From Felis catus (taxonomy: Eukaryota), in the NCBI RefSeq assembly GCF_018350175.1, contig NC_058372.1, positions 30,752,001 through 30,816,000 of the forward strand: DNA of 64,000 bases. Reading direction: 5' to 3'. The stretch's first letter is position 1; each line of letters begins with the position of its first letter. This document shows, in pieces, positions 49,801 to 63,042 of the stretch. The position numbers were made by a program, and so were the translations under genes. The notes under the pieces were generated by a model. It was not told where the DNA came from. It searched no databases and was given only the letters and a program-made list of their open reading frames with translations.

Positions 49801-52800
49801 CTTCCCTCTGGCTGAGGCACTAGGTCCCACCCTACAGAGTACAATGACTCCCCACCCCACACTTTGGGGCAGCACGCGAACGTGCCCAACGTAGGGGCCT
49901 TACCTGGGCTAAGGGTGCGGGCCGTGCCCTGGATGCTGTCGGCCTTGTGGGGCCCACGCAGCCCATACAACGTAAGGGTGTATAGGGTCCCTGGACGCAG
50001 GTCCCGTAGCACCGCTGAGCGCCGTGTCCCTGGTACCATCAGCTCCCTCTGCAGCAGGGGACGCAGGTGGGGCTCCAGAGTGCTTGGTGATGGGACCCCA
50101 AAGCGGAGCAGGAAGGAGTCAAAGGCCCCAGATGGGGCCTCCCAGTTGAGTCGCAGCGAACTGGTGGTCACATCAGTCACCGACAGGTGGGACAGGCGGG
50201 GCCCCGGCTCCCCTGGGGTCTGGCCGGCAGGAGCAGGCCCTGCACAGAGTGGGTGGGAGACAGAAGCACACCACCTCGGTGGCCTGGGGCAGTCTCTTCT
50301 ACCACCCCACCACGGCCTCCCGTTTCCCATCTGCGAAATGGAGCTAATGTGGGGCTGGCACTGACAGGTGGGACCCACAGTGAGCACGCGTGTGTAGAGC
50401 CAAGGACTGCTAGTGCACGCCTTCCTCCCTCTATAGTACCCTGCTTATGTGTCACCACCTCTGGGCACCCCCTTTAGCCCTTTCAGTCCCAGACTAGAGG
50501 TGGGGAGGCCTAGATACAGGGCCCTCAACCGGCAGTACCTGTGGTGCCCTCAGCTGAGATGGGCCCCAGGCGCTTCCCTTCATGGAGGCCATAGAGGAAG
50601 AACCTGTAGGAGGTGCTGGGCTCCAGGCCCGACACTAGGACCTTGTTCTGGTTGCCATCCACGAGCAAGGCCTGGGGCTGCCCATCCGTGTCCTGATACT
50701 GAACCACGAAGGAGTCAAAGGGGCCCTGAGCCACACTCCACGAGAGGTGCAGGGAGTCTGGGGTTATGTCGCTCACTGCCAGTGTCCTTAGCTGGGGCCC
50801 TTCAGGGTGCTCGGGGGCCTCTGTGGCTGGGTGCCAGGGGGCTGGCGTGTCCTCTTCTGGGGCTGTGTGGAAGAAGCCCAGGGGAGATGCTGAGCAGGGG
50901 TGACTGAGGCTCTTCTGGCACCTTCCTTCTCTTGACTCTGTCATTTCCCTGCCACCCCTGGGCCTCTCTGAGGCAGCACTGTGGCCCCATTACCCTCTGT
51001 TGGCTCCCTTGCAGTGTCTGAATCAGGGGCTTGCTTCCCCTTTTCTACCTTTGTGTCTTCTCACGCCTCAAGATGTCTGCACAGCCTGCTCCCTCCCCAC
51101 CCTCCCTGGGTGCCTAGGCTGATGGTCTGCGGTAGGAATAGCTGCTCACTCCCTGAGCTCGGGGCACATGGTCCTCCTGAGAAAAGCTGAGGAAGTTGCT
51201 GGCTGGTGAGCCAGAAAGGCAAATCACGCCCGCCATGTTGGGCCCAAGTGCCCCGTCCTGCTGACCTGAGCTGCGTGTTAGTAACTCCCGAGGAGGAGCC
51301 TGCTCCATCATGGCAGCCACTTCTACGGGTTGCTATGCCCCTTGCCTACTTTCTGTTCCAGTTATTTTCCATTTGACAAAAAGTGCTCCTGACTCACCCA
51401 CAGGAGGGGTCTGCCCCTATCTGGCAAGGCCACCCTGCGGGGAGGAAAGAGCTGCCTCAATAGAGTGATGGGGCACAGCTGGCGGCGCTGAGCAGGGTGG
51501 GGGCCGGGACGCTGGGGACCGCTGCCAGGGCCTTTCCTCACGCCTGCCCTGGTTCCAGCTTTTGATGGGCTCCTTGGTTACCATCAGAGCTGGCCCCACT
51601 GCATTTGCGTTCCTCCAGAGCAGGCCTCCTTACGCCCCAGGTCCTCCTGCTCACCTGTCACTCCCAGGACGGAGATGGGGCCCAGGCGCTGTCCTCCGTG
51701 GATCCCATAGAGCAGAAACTTGTATTTCCTGCCAGGCTCCAGGCCCTCTATGGTGACTTCCCGCTGCTCTTCGGCCACAGGCACTGCCCGGGGCTGCCCA
51801 GCTGTGTCCCTGTACTGGACCACAAAGGAATCAAAGAGGCCCTGGGCCACTGTCCATGAGAGGCGCAGGGAGTCTGGGGTCTCATCTGTCACTGTCAGCT
51901 CCCCCAGGCGGGGCGGGCGCTGCTGCTCCTTCTGCAGGGGAGCTGTGGAGAGTGGGAGGAGAAACTCTTGGTCAAGAGCTGCCTTTACCCCAGCCCTGGC
52001 AACTTCGGGGAGGCATGAGGGTCTAGGAAAGGGTCCCTGCAGTGTGGCTGCAGTCTGCCCAAAGGAAGGAGAGCGAGCAGCTTGATCTCTCCTCTGGAGG
52101 CCACTGAACAAACTCCTTCCTGCGCCCACTCCCTCCTCGGCGTGATCAGGGTGCTGTAAATGCATAAAAGATCACCTTGTGAGGTAGGGTGCCTGGGGGT
52201 GTAGAGAAGGGCCTCAGTTTCCCCCTGGCTCCTAACCCCTTCAGCAGGGATGTGGCTGGAGCTGAAAAAGGCTCCCAGAGGGTATCTGGGTTGTCAGGGA
52301 GACACCCCTAAATACTAAGGGCTGGGCTGGGCAGCCAGAGCTTGGCCAGGACGTCCCCCTCTCTTGCAAGCAGCCTGGGCCGTCCTTCTACCCACTTCCC
52401 CAGCCCTGCACTAATACCACTGGACCAGGGCAGCCGGGTGGGGCAACACTGGGAGAACAAAGGGCAGAGCAGAACACAGAAGAGACCTGCCCAGGTGGGG
52501 ATGGGTATTGGATGACGGGGTCAGAGGGGAAGACTGTAGTCACTCCCCATAGTGAGGGTTTGGGGAAGAGAATTATGCAGTCTGATTGTCCCAGGCCCCA
52601 AGTGACCATGTGCCCCATCCCTGTCTGGCCAGGGTGACTCATGGTCCTGGGAGTGGAGTAAGGGTCAGTGACCCACCTCCACCCTTCCTCAGGGGGCTAA
52701 GTAATGGGCACAATGACAGCAGATTTTTTCCATAGTCTTTTTGCAGCCAAATCCTTCCATATTTTCCACTTCTTGCCTCCGTTGGGACACAGGGAGGAGG

Positions 52801-55800
52801 ATGTGATCATTTATTAAGTGCCAATAGGTATTATTATTCATAAGTATTATGCAGGTGCAGAAACTCAGGTTCAAGGGAAAGAAGTGGCTTGCCAATGGCC
52901 ACAAAACTGGCAGTTGGAATTTGAACACAGGTCTGCTTGGCTCCAAAGACCGGATTTTCTTTATTACATCAGCAGTCGGTGAATGAAGGAAATAATGCAT
53001 GTAAAATACTCAGAATAGTGTCTAGCATGTGACAGGGACTCAGTAAATGTTTGCTTTTGGTGTTATAAAGGCGGAAGGCAGGAGAATTAAACTGCATGGA
53101 TAGGCAGGGGTTCGGGGCAGCTCTGGGGGCTTGGATAGGAGGCAGCTCTAGAAAAGGTGGGGTACAGGGCTGGGACTCACCTGTGGTGCCATCAGCAGAG
53201 ATGGGGCCCAGCCGCTTCCTACCGGCCAGCCCATAGAGCAGGAACTTGTATTTCCTACTGGGCTCCAGGCCTGAGATGGTGACCTCGCGCTGGTCTGAGG
53301 CCACAGGCACCACCTGGGGCTGCCCGTCTCTGTCCTTGTACTGGACCACGAAGGAGTCAAATTCACCCTCAGGGACTGTCCATGAGAGGCTCACAGAGTC
53401 TGGGGTCAGGTCTGTCACTGTCAGCTCCCCCAGGCGGGGAGGTTTTGTGTCTGGGGCTGGAAAAGAGAGAGAGGTGTATGGGAGAGTGACAGAAATGGCG
53501 ACAGAGGCAGACAGAGCTTCCTCAGGGTGCTAGAGCTGTGGGAGCTGGTTCCGGGAGCTAGAGGGAATGGCTAGGCCACATGTTAGGAAGTGGGGCGGCA
53601 GAGGAGTAGGGATAAAAGATGAGCCGAGGAAGAAAGCAGTGTCCCTCGGGATGTAGGAAAAGTAGGGAGAAGGATGAGAATGAAGGCTAAGCGGGGAGCC
53701 CTGGACCTGGATTTCACTGGACTCAGTAAATAAATAGGTCTGGAGCGTGGAGCACAGAAACAAGGAACTCTAACGGTCACCACAAGGGGGCGAAGGACAC
53801 TGGGAAGGCTCCAGTGCTGAAGGTGGCCTCCAGCCTTCACTTACGGGTCTTTGCATCTGCAGCTATAGGGCCATGCCGCTTCTCATCCTGGAGTCCAAAG
53901 AGTAGGAACTTGTACTTCCGGCCGGGGGCCAGACCCGGAATGGTGATCTCGCGCAGGGGTCCACCGACAGGCACTGCCTGGGGCCGCCCCTGCACATCCT
54001 TGTACTGGACCAGGAAGGAGTCGAAGACGCCCTGGGCCACGGTCCATGAGAGGTGCACTGTGTCAGAGGTCACGGCTACCACGGCCACCTCCCCTAGGCG
54101 GGGTGCCACAGGGGGCTCTGTGGGCTGGGAGGCTGGAACAGAGCAGAGGAGGCCGAGGGGTCACTGGCAGGACCCTTCAAAAGAGAGAGAGGGACTGCCT
54201 TGCTCAGGCTATGAAATGAATGTTTTGTAGTGGGTACTTCTAGAGTGCTTAATGTGTCCCAGGCATTGCTATTAGCAGCTCAGAGTAGCCTCACACAACA
54301 ACGTGGGTGCCAATATCATTATCATGCCAATTTTGTGTGGCTCTGCAGCACAGAGAAGTTAAGAAATGTTTGTGAATTCACACAATTAATACGTTCAGAG
54401 CAGGATTCAAACCCAGAGACCCTGGTTGTGCAGCCACATTCTGAGTCACTAAAACACCCAGCCAGGGAGCTTGAGGAAGCCATACAGGAAAAACTAAGCA
54501 AGTCTGAGGTTCCGTATCAGGGAACTTATGAGGTAAAACTTATAAGCACAGGGTACATGCCTACTGACCCTAAACACAGTCTCTATCATCCTCATTCAAT
54601 GAAAGCATGAGGCAGGATCACCAGCACCATATGAGGAAAGAGAGGGGCCTAAAGGACCATTTGTGAGGAGTGCTGATCTCTAAAGGGAGAAATCAAGAGA
54701 GCAAAGAAAGGCCCCAGCTCTCACTCACCAGTCACGCCCACAGTGGACACGGGGCCCCAGCGCTGCCCCCTGTGCAGGCCATACAGGTGCATCTTGTACT
54801 TGCGCCCCGGCTCCAGGCCCCCGACGGTGACCTCACTCTCCTCACCCCTGACACGCACCACCTGGGGCCGCCCGTCCCTGTCCTTGTACTGGACAGTGAA
54901 AGAGTCGAAGTGGCCCTGGGGGACGGTCCACGAGAGGCTCAGCGAGTCTGGAGATGATCCTGTCACTGTCAGCTCCCCCAGCAGGGGCTCCTCGGGGGAC
55001 TCTGGGGCCTCCGTGCTGGGCTCTGTGGGGCTGGGGGTCTCTTCCACCTCAGTAGAGGTTGGGGTCTCTTCCTCTGCAGCTGAAAAGGAGACACACAGAA
55101 AGGATGAGGCAGGATCCCCAAGAGATGTCCTTGGATCTTAGGAGAATGGAGAGCTGTGACCATGTTTGGGGGCCCCAAATTCAGTTCAGAGAAGCCCATG
55201 CTTGGGGCTGGCTGGGCTTGCTCAGCTGAAATCTCACAAACATGCAGGAGAGTCTCCAGGATCAGCTGTGGGGAACCCTAGAGACCCACCAGCACAGCTC
55301 ATGGAGGCCCTTCTCTGCCCAGGAGGACCCCTTGGTCCCCAAGGGGAGGCACAAAGGGCACCATGGCTCAGCCTCCAGCTAAGGGACCTCCTGCACCCCA
55401 CTCACCCATCACCTGAGAGAGGTGACCCCCCCCCCAGCTGGCCCCACCCTGGGGCTTCCACCGTCCACTCACCCGTCACCCCAAAGGCAGAGACAGGGCC
55501 CATGCGTTGGCCACCGTGGAAGCCATACAGGTTCATCTTGTACTTGTGGTCTGGCTCCAGGCCTGAGATGGTGACCTGGTCCTCATTCCCTGGCACCCTG
55601 ACCGCCTTGGGCTGCCCATCCCCGTTCTTGTACTGGACCAGGAAGTGGTCAAACTGGCCCTCGGGGACAGTCCAGGAGAGGTGCAGGGAGTCGGGGGTGG
55701 CGTCTGTCACTGCCAGCTGCCCCAGCCGTGGCTTCATGGGAGGCTCAAGGGCCATGGTGGATGGGGCTTGGGTGGTCATGGCTTCATATTCTGGAGCTGC

Positions 55801-58800
55801 ACAGAGACACACAAGGACAGGTGAGGACAGGCAGGCAGGTCAGAGTATAAGCAGGTGTATTACAAACATAAGAGAATGAGGAACACAGCATCGCTGGCCA
55901 CAGTGGCTCTAACTCATCTACTCTTCCCAGTCCCTCAATGTTGGCCTTCTCTGCCCCTTACCCTCATCTCGCCCTGCCCTCACCCACCCCTACCCACACC
56001 CTGCCACCTCTCCCAGTTTTTCCTGCACCCACCTCCCCTGCACACTGTGCCCTGGGCCTCCCTCCACTGGGGTCTCCTTGGCACCTCACTCCCTTTAGCT
56101 CATGTTGAGTGCTCCCAAACAGCTCAGAACCCCCTTCCCCAACTGGAAGCCTGGAATCTTCCTGGATCTGTTCCTGTCCCCAGCTGCCATCAGACTCAAC
56201 AGTGTGCAACTCACTCTCAAGTTCCTCCTGGGTCTCCTCACTCCCCACACCTGCAGCACCACCAGCCTGGCTTGCCTCACCTGCACTCTCCCAACACCGT
56301 TGCCTCTCACCTGAATATCCACGTCCCTACTGGGCTCCCTGCCTCCCTGTCCCACCCGTTCCTCACAGGGGGCCTGGATGAGCCTTTCAGTGCACATTTG
56401 ATGGTGTCAGCCTTAGCTTAACTATGCAACAACCCTCTCTATCCCCGGGAGAAATCCCTGGCTTCTGAGCTGCTCCTACCACCCAACCCCATCTCAAGAC
56501 TCTCTTTCCAACTCAGAAGATCTCACACAAAATCCTCTTGGTCCCTGTCATGGGCCACTAGTTTCCAGTCCTTGGCACCAGCTATGATGTGGATCTGACT
56601 CCAACACTGTCAACAAGCTAACTTCTGCCCAACTTCGGTTCTCAGCTGTCCCGTGGACTCCCGCAGGCAGGCTGGCTTAGCCATGCTCCCCAGTCTGGCC
56701 TGGCCCTGGAGCTTCCTGTCATACAAATATCCCCTGTTACCTGACTGCTGGTTCACAGCCTGTCTCCCTGTGCTTGGGAGCCCCATCACCATAAGAACTT
56801 GTCTCTCTGCCATGATCAGGCTTACCCCAGGGAACTCCCACAGTGCTTGACTCAGGGCATCCAGTCTTGTTGGCCCTTGGGAATCCTAAGTGTGGTAATA
56901 CCCCAACCATGGGGCCCGGAAGTGCTTCCATCAGCATGCTGCGTCCTGAACACCCTCTGTCTCCCCCTCCCCCTCAGCCTCCAGTGAACTACAGAGAGGC
57001 TGAGCCTCTGGGAGAAATCAGGGATGCAAGTACAATTCTGTCAAAAAATTCTAGGAAAGCATGCAATTGCTTTGTTGTGAGTGAGTAGTTCTGCTACTCA
57101 AAGTGTGGTCCTGCGACCAGCAGCATCCTCATCACATTAGAATGAGAATCTCTGGCCCCAGCCCAAACCTGCGCCATCTGAGCGTGCTCTTTACCAAGAT
57201 CCTCGGGCCATCTGATGTGCAGAAGAAGATGTGTTGTGTCGAGTATTTGTTTTCATGCAGGTGGTAATAATGGGAAAGTGTTGTAGGGCCTTCTTCCCCA
57301 CCAGCCCAGCTCTCACCCTCACTCACCAGTCACGCCCACAGTGGACACAGGGCCCCAGCGCTGCCCCCTGTGCAGGCCATACAGGTGCATCTTGTACTTG
57401 CGCCCCGGCTCCAGGCCCCCGACGGTGACCTCACTCTCCTCACCCCCGACACGCACCACCTGGGGCCGCCCGTCCCTGTCCTTGTACTGGACAGTGAAGG
57501 AGTCGAAGTGGCCCTGGGGGACGGTCCACGAGAGGCTCAGCGAGTCTGGGGATGATCCTGTCACTGTCAGCTCCCCCAGCAGGGGCTCCTCGGGGGACTC
57601 TGGGGCCTCCGTGCTGGGCTCTGTGGGGCTGGGGGTCTCCTCCACAACCTCCTGGGGGGCTGAGAGAAGACAGGGGAATGGGGGCTTAGTTGTCAGCTTC
57701 TCTGCTGCTGATGCCAATTAGGACAACAAAATGCATCCAGTGATAACTCCTCCAGCCGTGGAGTAGAGGCTGGAGAGCCTTTGGATTAGCCAGCTAGTAA
57801 CTTGTTGATGGAGAGTGCTGAGAAGGGCTCCCAATTCCCGTCACGCACGGACTGGCAGGCACCATAAACATTCAGAAGGTCATTCAGACATGTGCCAGGA
57901 GCCAAAATAATTCTCATTTACTTTGACCCAATAATCCCATTTCTGGGCAGCGATCCTAAGAAAATTATGAAAAAGTAGGAAAAAGTTGTGTCATGGGGGT
58001 CCATTACAGGATTATTCATAACAACAAGATGTGTCAGGGACCCAAATGGCCCACAGAAGATGATTAACTTTGTTGTGGCGCTTTTACCATGAAGCATCAA
58101 ATAACCATTAAAATGATGATTAATTCAGGTTGTGCAGCCGCAAAATAAATGCTCACAATATAACCGATGTACAAAAACAAAGGATGAGCCAAGAATCATA
58201 TGACCACTCTGTAATGTGAAAACATGCGCTGTATGGGAAATGCAGAGAGAGGACGTGTTATTGATATTGTTATTAATGGCAATTATTGGGTCAAAAGGTG
58301 TCCTCATGAGAGACTTTTTCCCCTATTTTTCCCTATTCCATACCAACACATTCTATAATGTTGATATTATTTCACCAGAATAATGTAGACTTAGAAAGAA
58401 ACCCTGGACTATAAAAATTCATCATCGGATAGTGGGTGTGGGGGGTAGGCCGTGGGTCCCTTACACTGTCCTCCTTACTTTGTGTATGCTTGTGATTTGC
58501 TGTGACAGAGGGCAACAAAATTGACCAGTGGATCAAAAGTAACACATTCCTTCAGGGCGGGAGCTGTTATCATGTCCACTTTCTGATCATTCCCGTTCTC
58601 CCCATCCTGCTACACTCCTAAGAAGGCACAGAGAGAAAGAGGCCCATCCCCCAGGAGTCAGAGAGGCTGTGTGAAATCGCTCCTTTGTCTAGAGTATGTT
58701 CAGGAGAGGATAGTGAACCTCCCAGAGCCGCTCACTGGGTGTCATAAAGGTGGTGAGCCCCACGCCCACGGAGAGGCCTTCACACGACGGCCTTTGGAGC

Positions 58801-61609
58801 AGGCAGATGATCTCTGTGAAGGGCTCTCACCAGGCATCAGCATTGGGCTCACACTGATTTAGAAAAGCCACCCTGACTGCCCTTTTAGAATTTAATTCAC
58901 CTTGTGATTTGCCCCCCTAATTTCTTACATTAGAAATAACTTTTTCAAAATTAGGAATGAAAGAAGTGTGAGAGTGATGGGGAAGAGACGAAAAGAGCAC
59001 AAGGAAGGAGAAGATATTATGTTTAAAGGAAATATTCCCTGACTATAAAAGAAGTACTCATTATTTAACAAAATTTGGGCAACACAGAATAGAATAAAGC
59101 AAGAAAAGGGCTGGAACATTCTATCCTGCCCCACAAAACATGCATCTCGTGAGACGTGTTTCTTTCCAGTTTTCTTGCCATGCCATGTTATTTTCCAGTG
59201 GCTGTGATTAGCATCCTTACAAAACCTGGGGGCTCCTTTTTCAATGTAATATTATCAAGTAACTGTCTTATGTCAAAACATTTCAGTGATGGCATAAAAG
59301 CTCATCTTCTAGATGCCTAATTACTTAATCGTCCCAATGTGATTGGATGATGTCGTGTTTCTTTCTTTCTTGTGTGTGTGTGCATGCTTGCGTGTGTGCA
59401 TGTGCAAATGCACCTGTACACGCATGTGTGTATGCGTGCTTGGCCTGTGCCTGACACACTTCTTAGCAGCCCAGGGGCTGACCATCAGAAGGAGGTCATG
59501 CTGGTGTGTACGATGAAGCTTCATGTCAGCAAATGCCACACTACTAACCACAGGCCACAGACCATAGAGGAAAGGCATGAATGGGGGCCAAGGTCTGGAT
59601 CCTCAAGGACTAGCAAAAGAGCAGAAGACTCATCCAGGTTACTGATGACAAAAGGTAGCTCTCCCTGAAAACCTCTGATCCCTGCCCCATCACTCACCGG
59701 TCAGGCCCACAGTGGACACGGGGCCCCAGCGCTGCCCCCTGTGCAGGCCATACAGGTGCATCTTGTACTTGCGCCCCGGCTCCAGGCCCCCGACGGTGAC
59801 CTCACTCTCCTCACCCCCGACACGCACCACCTGGGGCCGCCCGTCCCTGTCCTTGTACTGGACAGTGAAGGAGTCGAAGTGGCCCTGGGGGACGGTCCAC
59901 GAGAGGCTCAGCGAGTCTGGAGATGATCCTGTCACTGTCAGCTCCCCCAGCAGGGGCTCCTCGGGGGGCTCTGGGGCCTCCGTGCTGGGCTCTGTGGGGC
60001 TGGGGGTCTCCTCCACCTCAGTAGAGGTTGGGGTCTCTTCCTCTGCAGCTGAAAAGGAGACACACAGAAAGGATGAGGCAGGATCCCCAAGAGATGTCCT
60101 TGGATCTTAGGAGAATGGAGAGCTGTGACCATGTTTGGGGGCCCCAAATTCAGTTCAGAGAAGCCCATGCTTGGGGCTGGCTGGGCTTGCTCAGCTGAAA
60201 TCTCAAAAACATGCTTGGGGGCTTCCAGGGTCAGCAGTGGGGAACTCTGAACAGACACCAGCATAGCTCATGGAGGCCCTTTCTGCCCAGGAGGACCCCT
60301 TGGTCCCCAAGGGGAGGCACAAAGGGCACCATGGCTCAGCCTCCAGCTAAGGGACCTCCTGCACCCCACTCACCCATCACCTGAGAGAGGTGACCCCCCT
60401 CCCTGGCTGACCCCACCCTGGGGCTTCCACCGTCCACTCACCCGTCACCCCAAAGGCAGAGACGGGGCCCATGCGTTGGCNNNNNNNNNNNNNNNNNNNN
60501 NNNNNNNNNNNNNNNNNNNNNNNNNNNNNNNNNNNNNNNNNNNNNNNNNNNNNNNNNNNNNNNNNNNNNNNNNNNNNNNNNNNNNNNNNNNNNNNNNNNN
60601 NNNNNNNNNNNNNNNNNNNNNNNNNNNNNNNNNNNNNNNNNNNNNNNAGGTGCAGGGAGTCGGGGGTGGCGTCTGTCACTGCCAACTGCCCCAGCCGTGG
60701 CTTCATGGGAGGCTTGGGAGTCATGGTGGGTGAGTCTGTTGGTGCTGGCATTTCTTGGTCCTTTCCTGGGGCTGGATCAGGAGATAAAGAGACTGTGTGG
60801 AAATACCTTGTGGGTTCCCTTCTCATAAAAGATATTGGATTTCTCCCAGGCACGCCAAGGCATCTCCCCAGGGTTAAGACATCATTTCCCTGGTTTGAAT
60901 GTTCAGTAACCAACAGACAGAGCATACTCTTGTGGTGACACCATGGTGGTAGGCTGGGACTGCCTACTCAACACATGCATGCATTGAACCCTTGGGAGCT
61001 GCAGAGCAAATCTGTGCATAGGGACAGAACTAAGGCTTTATAATACCACCAAGCATAGCAGATAAGTCACATCAGAAGGTACATCTACTCAGGTTTGGAA
61101 ATTCTACTTTGTGAGTATTTTCCTTTAATACCTCCTTTGATTTAGAAGGCTTCTGAGCATTTTAATTTTTTTTAACATTTATTCATTTTTGAGAGAGAGA
61201 GAGGGACAGAGCATGAGTGGGGGAGGGGCAGAGAGAGAGAGGGAGACACAGAATCCGAAGCAGGCTCCAGGCTCTGAGCTGTCAGCACAGAGCCTGACAC
61301 AGGGCTTGAACCCATGGACCGAGAGATCATGACCTGAGCTGAAGCCGGATGCTTAATTGACTGAGCCACCCAGGTGCCCCTACTGAGCATTTTTAGAGAT
61401 GAATTTAGATTTCACAGTTGAGGCCAAAGAGATGAGACCACATGTGATCATCTTTGCAATTGGGTTGTTTTGGACCTTGTATTAGCTCTCTAAGTAATTT
61501 ATGGTACAGATGACCCATCACGCCTTCAGATTTTTCGTCTTTTCTGTTCTGCATAGGGTTTCATTCTTCCTCTTTTTAAAAAAAATTTTTTTAATGTTTA
61601 TTTATTTTT

Positions 61610-61642
<33 letters not shown>

Positions 61643-63042
61643 CACGAGCAGGGGAGGAGCAGAGAGAGAGGGCGACACAGAATCTGAAACAGGCTCCAGG
61701 CTCTGAGCTATCGAACTCAAAAACTGTGAGATCATGACCTGAGCCAAAGCTGGATGCTCAACCGACTGAGCCACCCAGGCGCCCCTTCATTCTTCCTTAA
61801 TTGTTGAATTACAAAAGCATCTTGGGGGCGCCTGGGTGGCGCAGTCGGTTAAGCGTCCGACTTCAGCCAGGTCACGCTCTCGCGGTCTGTGAGTTCGAGC
61901 CCCGCGTCAGGCTCTGGGCTGATGGCTCGGAGCCTGGAGCCTGTTTCCGATTCTGTGTCTCCCTCTCTCTCTGCCCCTCCCCTGTTCATGCTCTGTCTCT
62001 CTCTGTCCCAAAAATAAAAAATAAAATAAAATTAAATTAAAAAAAAAAGCATCTTGTTTCCTATCTGTTCTGTTTGGAAACTGGGTCTTAAGCATTGAAG
62101 GGTAATAGCTCCAAAGGACCTTAACAAAAGCAACGAACAGCCCTGTTAGTGAGTAATGAAGGAGGCGAAGTGCCTTGTGAAGTTGCACATTTGACTAATA
62201 CTCACCATTGAAGTAATAGCATCCATGCTGGCAGGATTCTCATAATTATGAGAGTTCATTCTAAGAATTTTCAGAGACTAATTTTCTTCCTCTTCTTTCA
62301 TTACAGATGAAGAAAAGGAGGCACTGAGACATTCAGTGACTCTCTTGGGGTCACACAGCTCAAATAGGCTGAGGCTTCAAACCCAGGTCTGCCTGAGTCT
62401 ATGTTATTTCCCTGATGTCCTGCCTCTTCAAGGACCAAAAAGCCTGTACGTAGGGGCACCTGGCTGGCTCAGTCAGTAGAGTGAGCAGCTTGTGATCGCG
62501 GGGTCGTGAGTTTGAGTCACATGTTGAGTATAGAGTTCACTTAAAAAAAAAAAAAAAGCCTGTGTGTAAAGGCTGAGGTGTCTGGGTAACACCAAAGACT
62601 TGGAGTAGAGACACTAGCAGAACCACTCTCAGGAGCTTGGGAGGCTCAGTCTCAGGGACAGTGGGACAAAAATACCTGAATACTAACAGTGAAAGAGAAA
62701 CTGAGTCCAGCTAGGGCAGGGCCCAGTGTCCTGTCGCACACTCACCAGTTAAGCCAACAGTGGAGACGGGGCCCACACGCTGGCCACCGTGGAAGCCATA
62801 CAGGTTCATCTTGTACTTGTGGTCTGGCTCCAGGCCTGAGATGATGACCTGGTCCTCATTCCCTGGCACCCTCACTGCCTTGGGCTGCCCATCCCCGTTC
62901 TTGTACTGGACCAGGAAGTGGTCAAACTGGCCCTCGGGGACAGTCCAGGAGAGGTGCAGGGAGTCGGGGGTGGCGTCCGTCACTGCTAGCTCTCCCAAGT
63001 GTGGCTTCAGAAGGGTATTGGCAGGGGGCTCCCCTTCAGGAT
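46828..63042 (-). CDS. TNXB: Tenascin-X, 3' portion (FNIII repeats and fibrinogen-like domain); 5' part lies beyond the window
   Basis: Exons 62746-63042, 60442-60771 (partly N), 59698-60048, 57327-57659, 55473-55796, 54729-55079, 53845-54132, 53181-53456, 51655-51942, 50539-50862, 49904-50239, 49494-49616, 49232-49375, 48972-49091, 48725-48868, 48497-48627, 48232-48364, 47984-48135, 47787-47883, 47534-47695, 47291-47454, 46828-46932 (stop). FNIII motif LSWTVPxGxFDSF; fibrinogen-domain motifs [42 protein letters not shown]. Confidence 0.98.
54721..55745. repeat. About 1 kb intragenic duplicon, copy 1 (two FNIII exons plus intron); paralog of 59690-60714
   Basis: Near-identical sequence at a constant offset of 4969 nt. 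Confidence 0.95.
57086..57225. mobile_element. MER5A-like DNA transposon remnant
   Basis: CTACTCAAAGTGTGGTCC...CCAGCAGCATC...AGAATCTCTGGCCCC resembles the MER5A consensus. Confidence 0.65.
59690..60714. repeat. About 1 kb intragenic duplicon, copy 2
   Basis: Near-identical to 54721-55745, including the intron. Confidence 0.95.
60481..60647. other. Assembly gap or masked bases (167 N)
   Basis: N run inside a TNXB FNIII exon. Confidence 0.99.
61160..61380 (-). mobile_element. Can-SINE in TNXB intron
   Basis: Full SINE body; CTGAGCATTTTT repeated on both flanks (target-site duplication). Confidence 0.93.
61585..61785 (-). mobile_element. Can-SINE (internally deleted) in TNXB intron
   Basis: SINE body; target-site duplication TTCATTCTTCCT at 61560-61571 and 61786-61797. 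Confidence 0.93.
61824..62048 (+). mobile_element. Young feliform-type Can-SINE
   Basis: GGGGCGCCTGGGTGGCGCAGTCGGTTAAGCGTCCGACTTCAGCCAGGTCACG..., CpGs retained, perfect target-site duplication AAAAGCATCTT. Confidence 0.95.
62453..62557 (+). mobile_element. Short Can-SINE (tRNA head plus poly(A), no CT tract)
   Basis: GGGGCACCTGGCTGGCTCAGTCAGTAGAG...TTAAAAAAAA; target-site duplication AAAAAGCCTGT. Confidence 0.85.

Noticed and set aside
54721-63042. Repeats considered as a CRISPR-like array, TNXA pseudogene or second RCCX module
   Set aside because: They are in-frame FNIII exons with intact splice sites in eukaryotic DNA; there is no spacer structure and no second C4 or CYP21.
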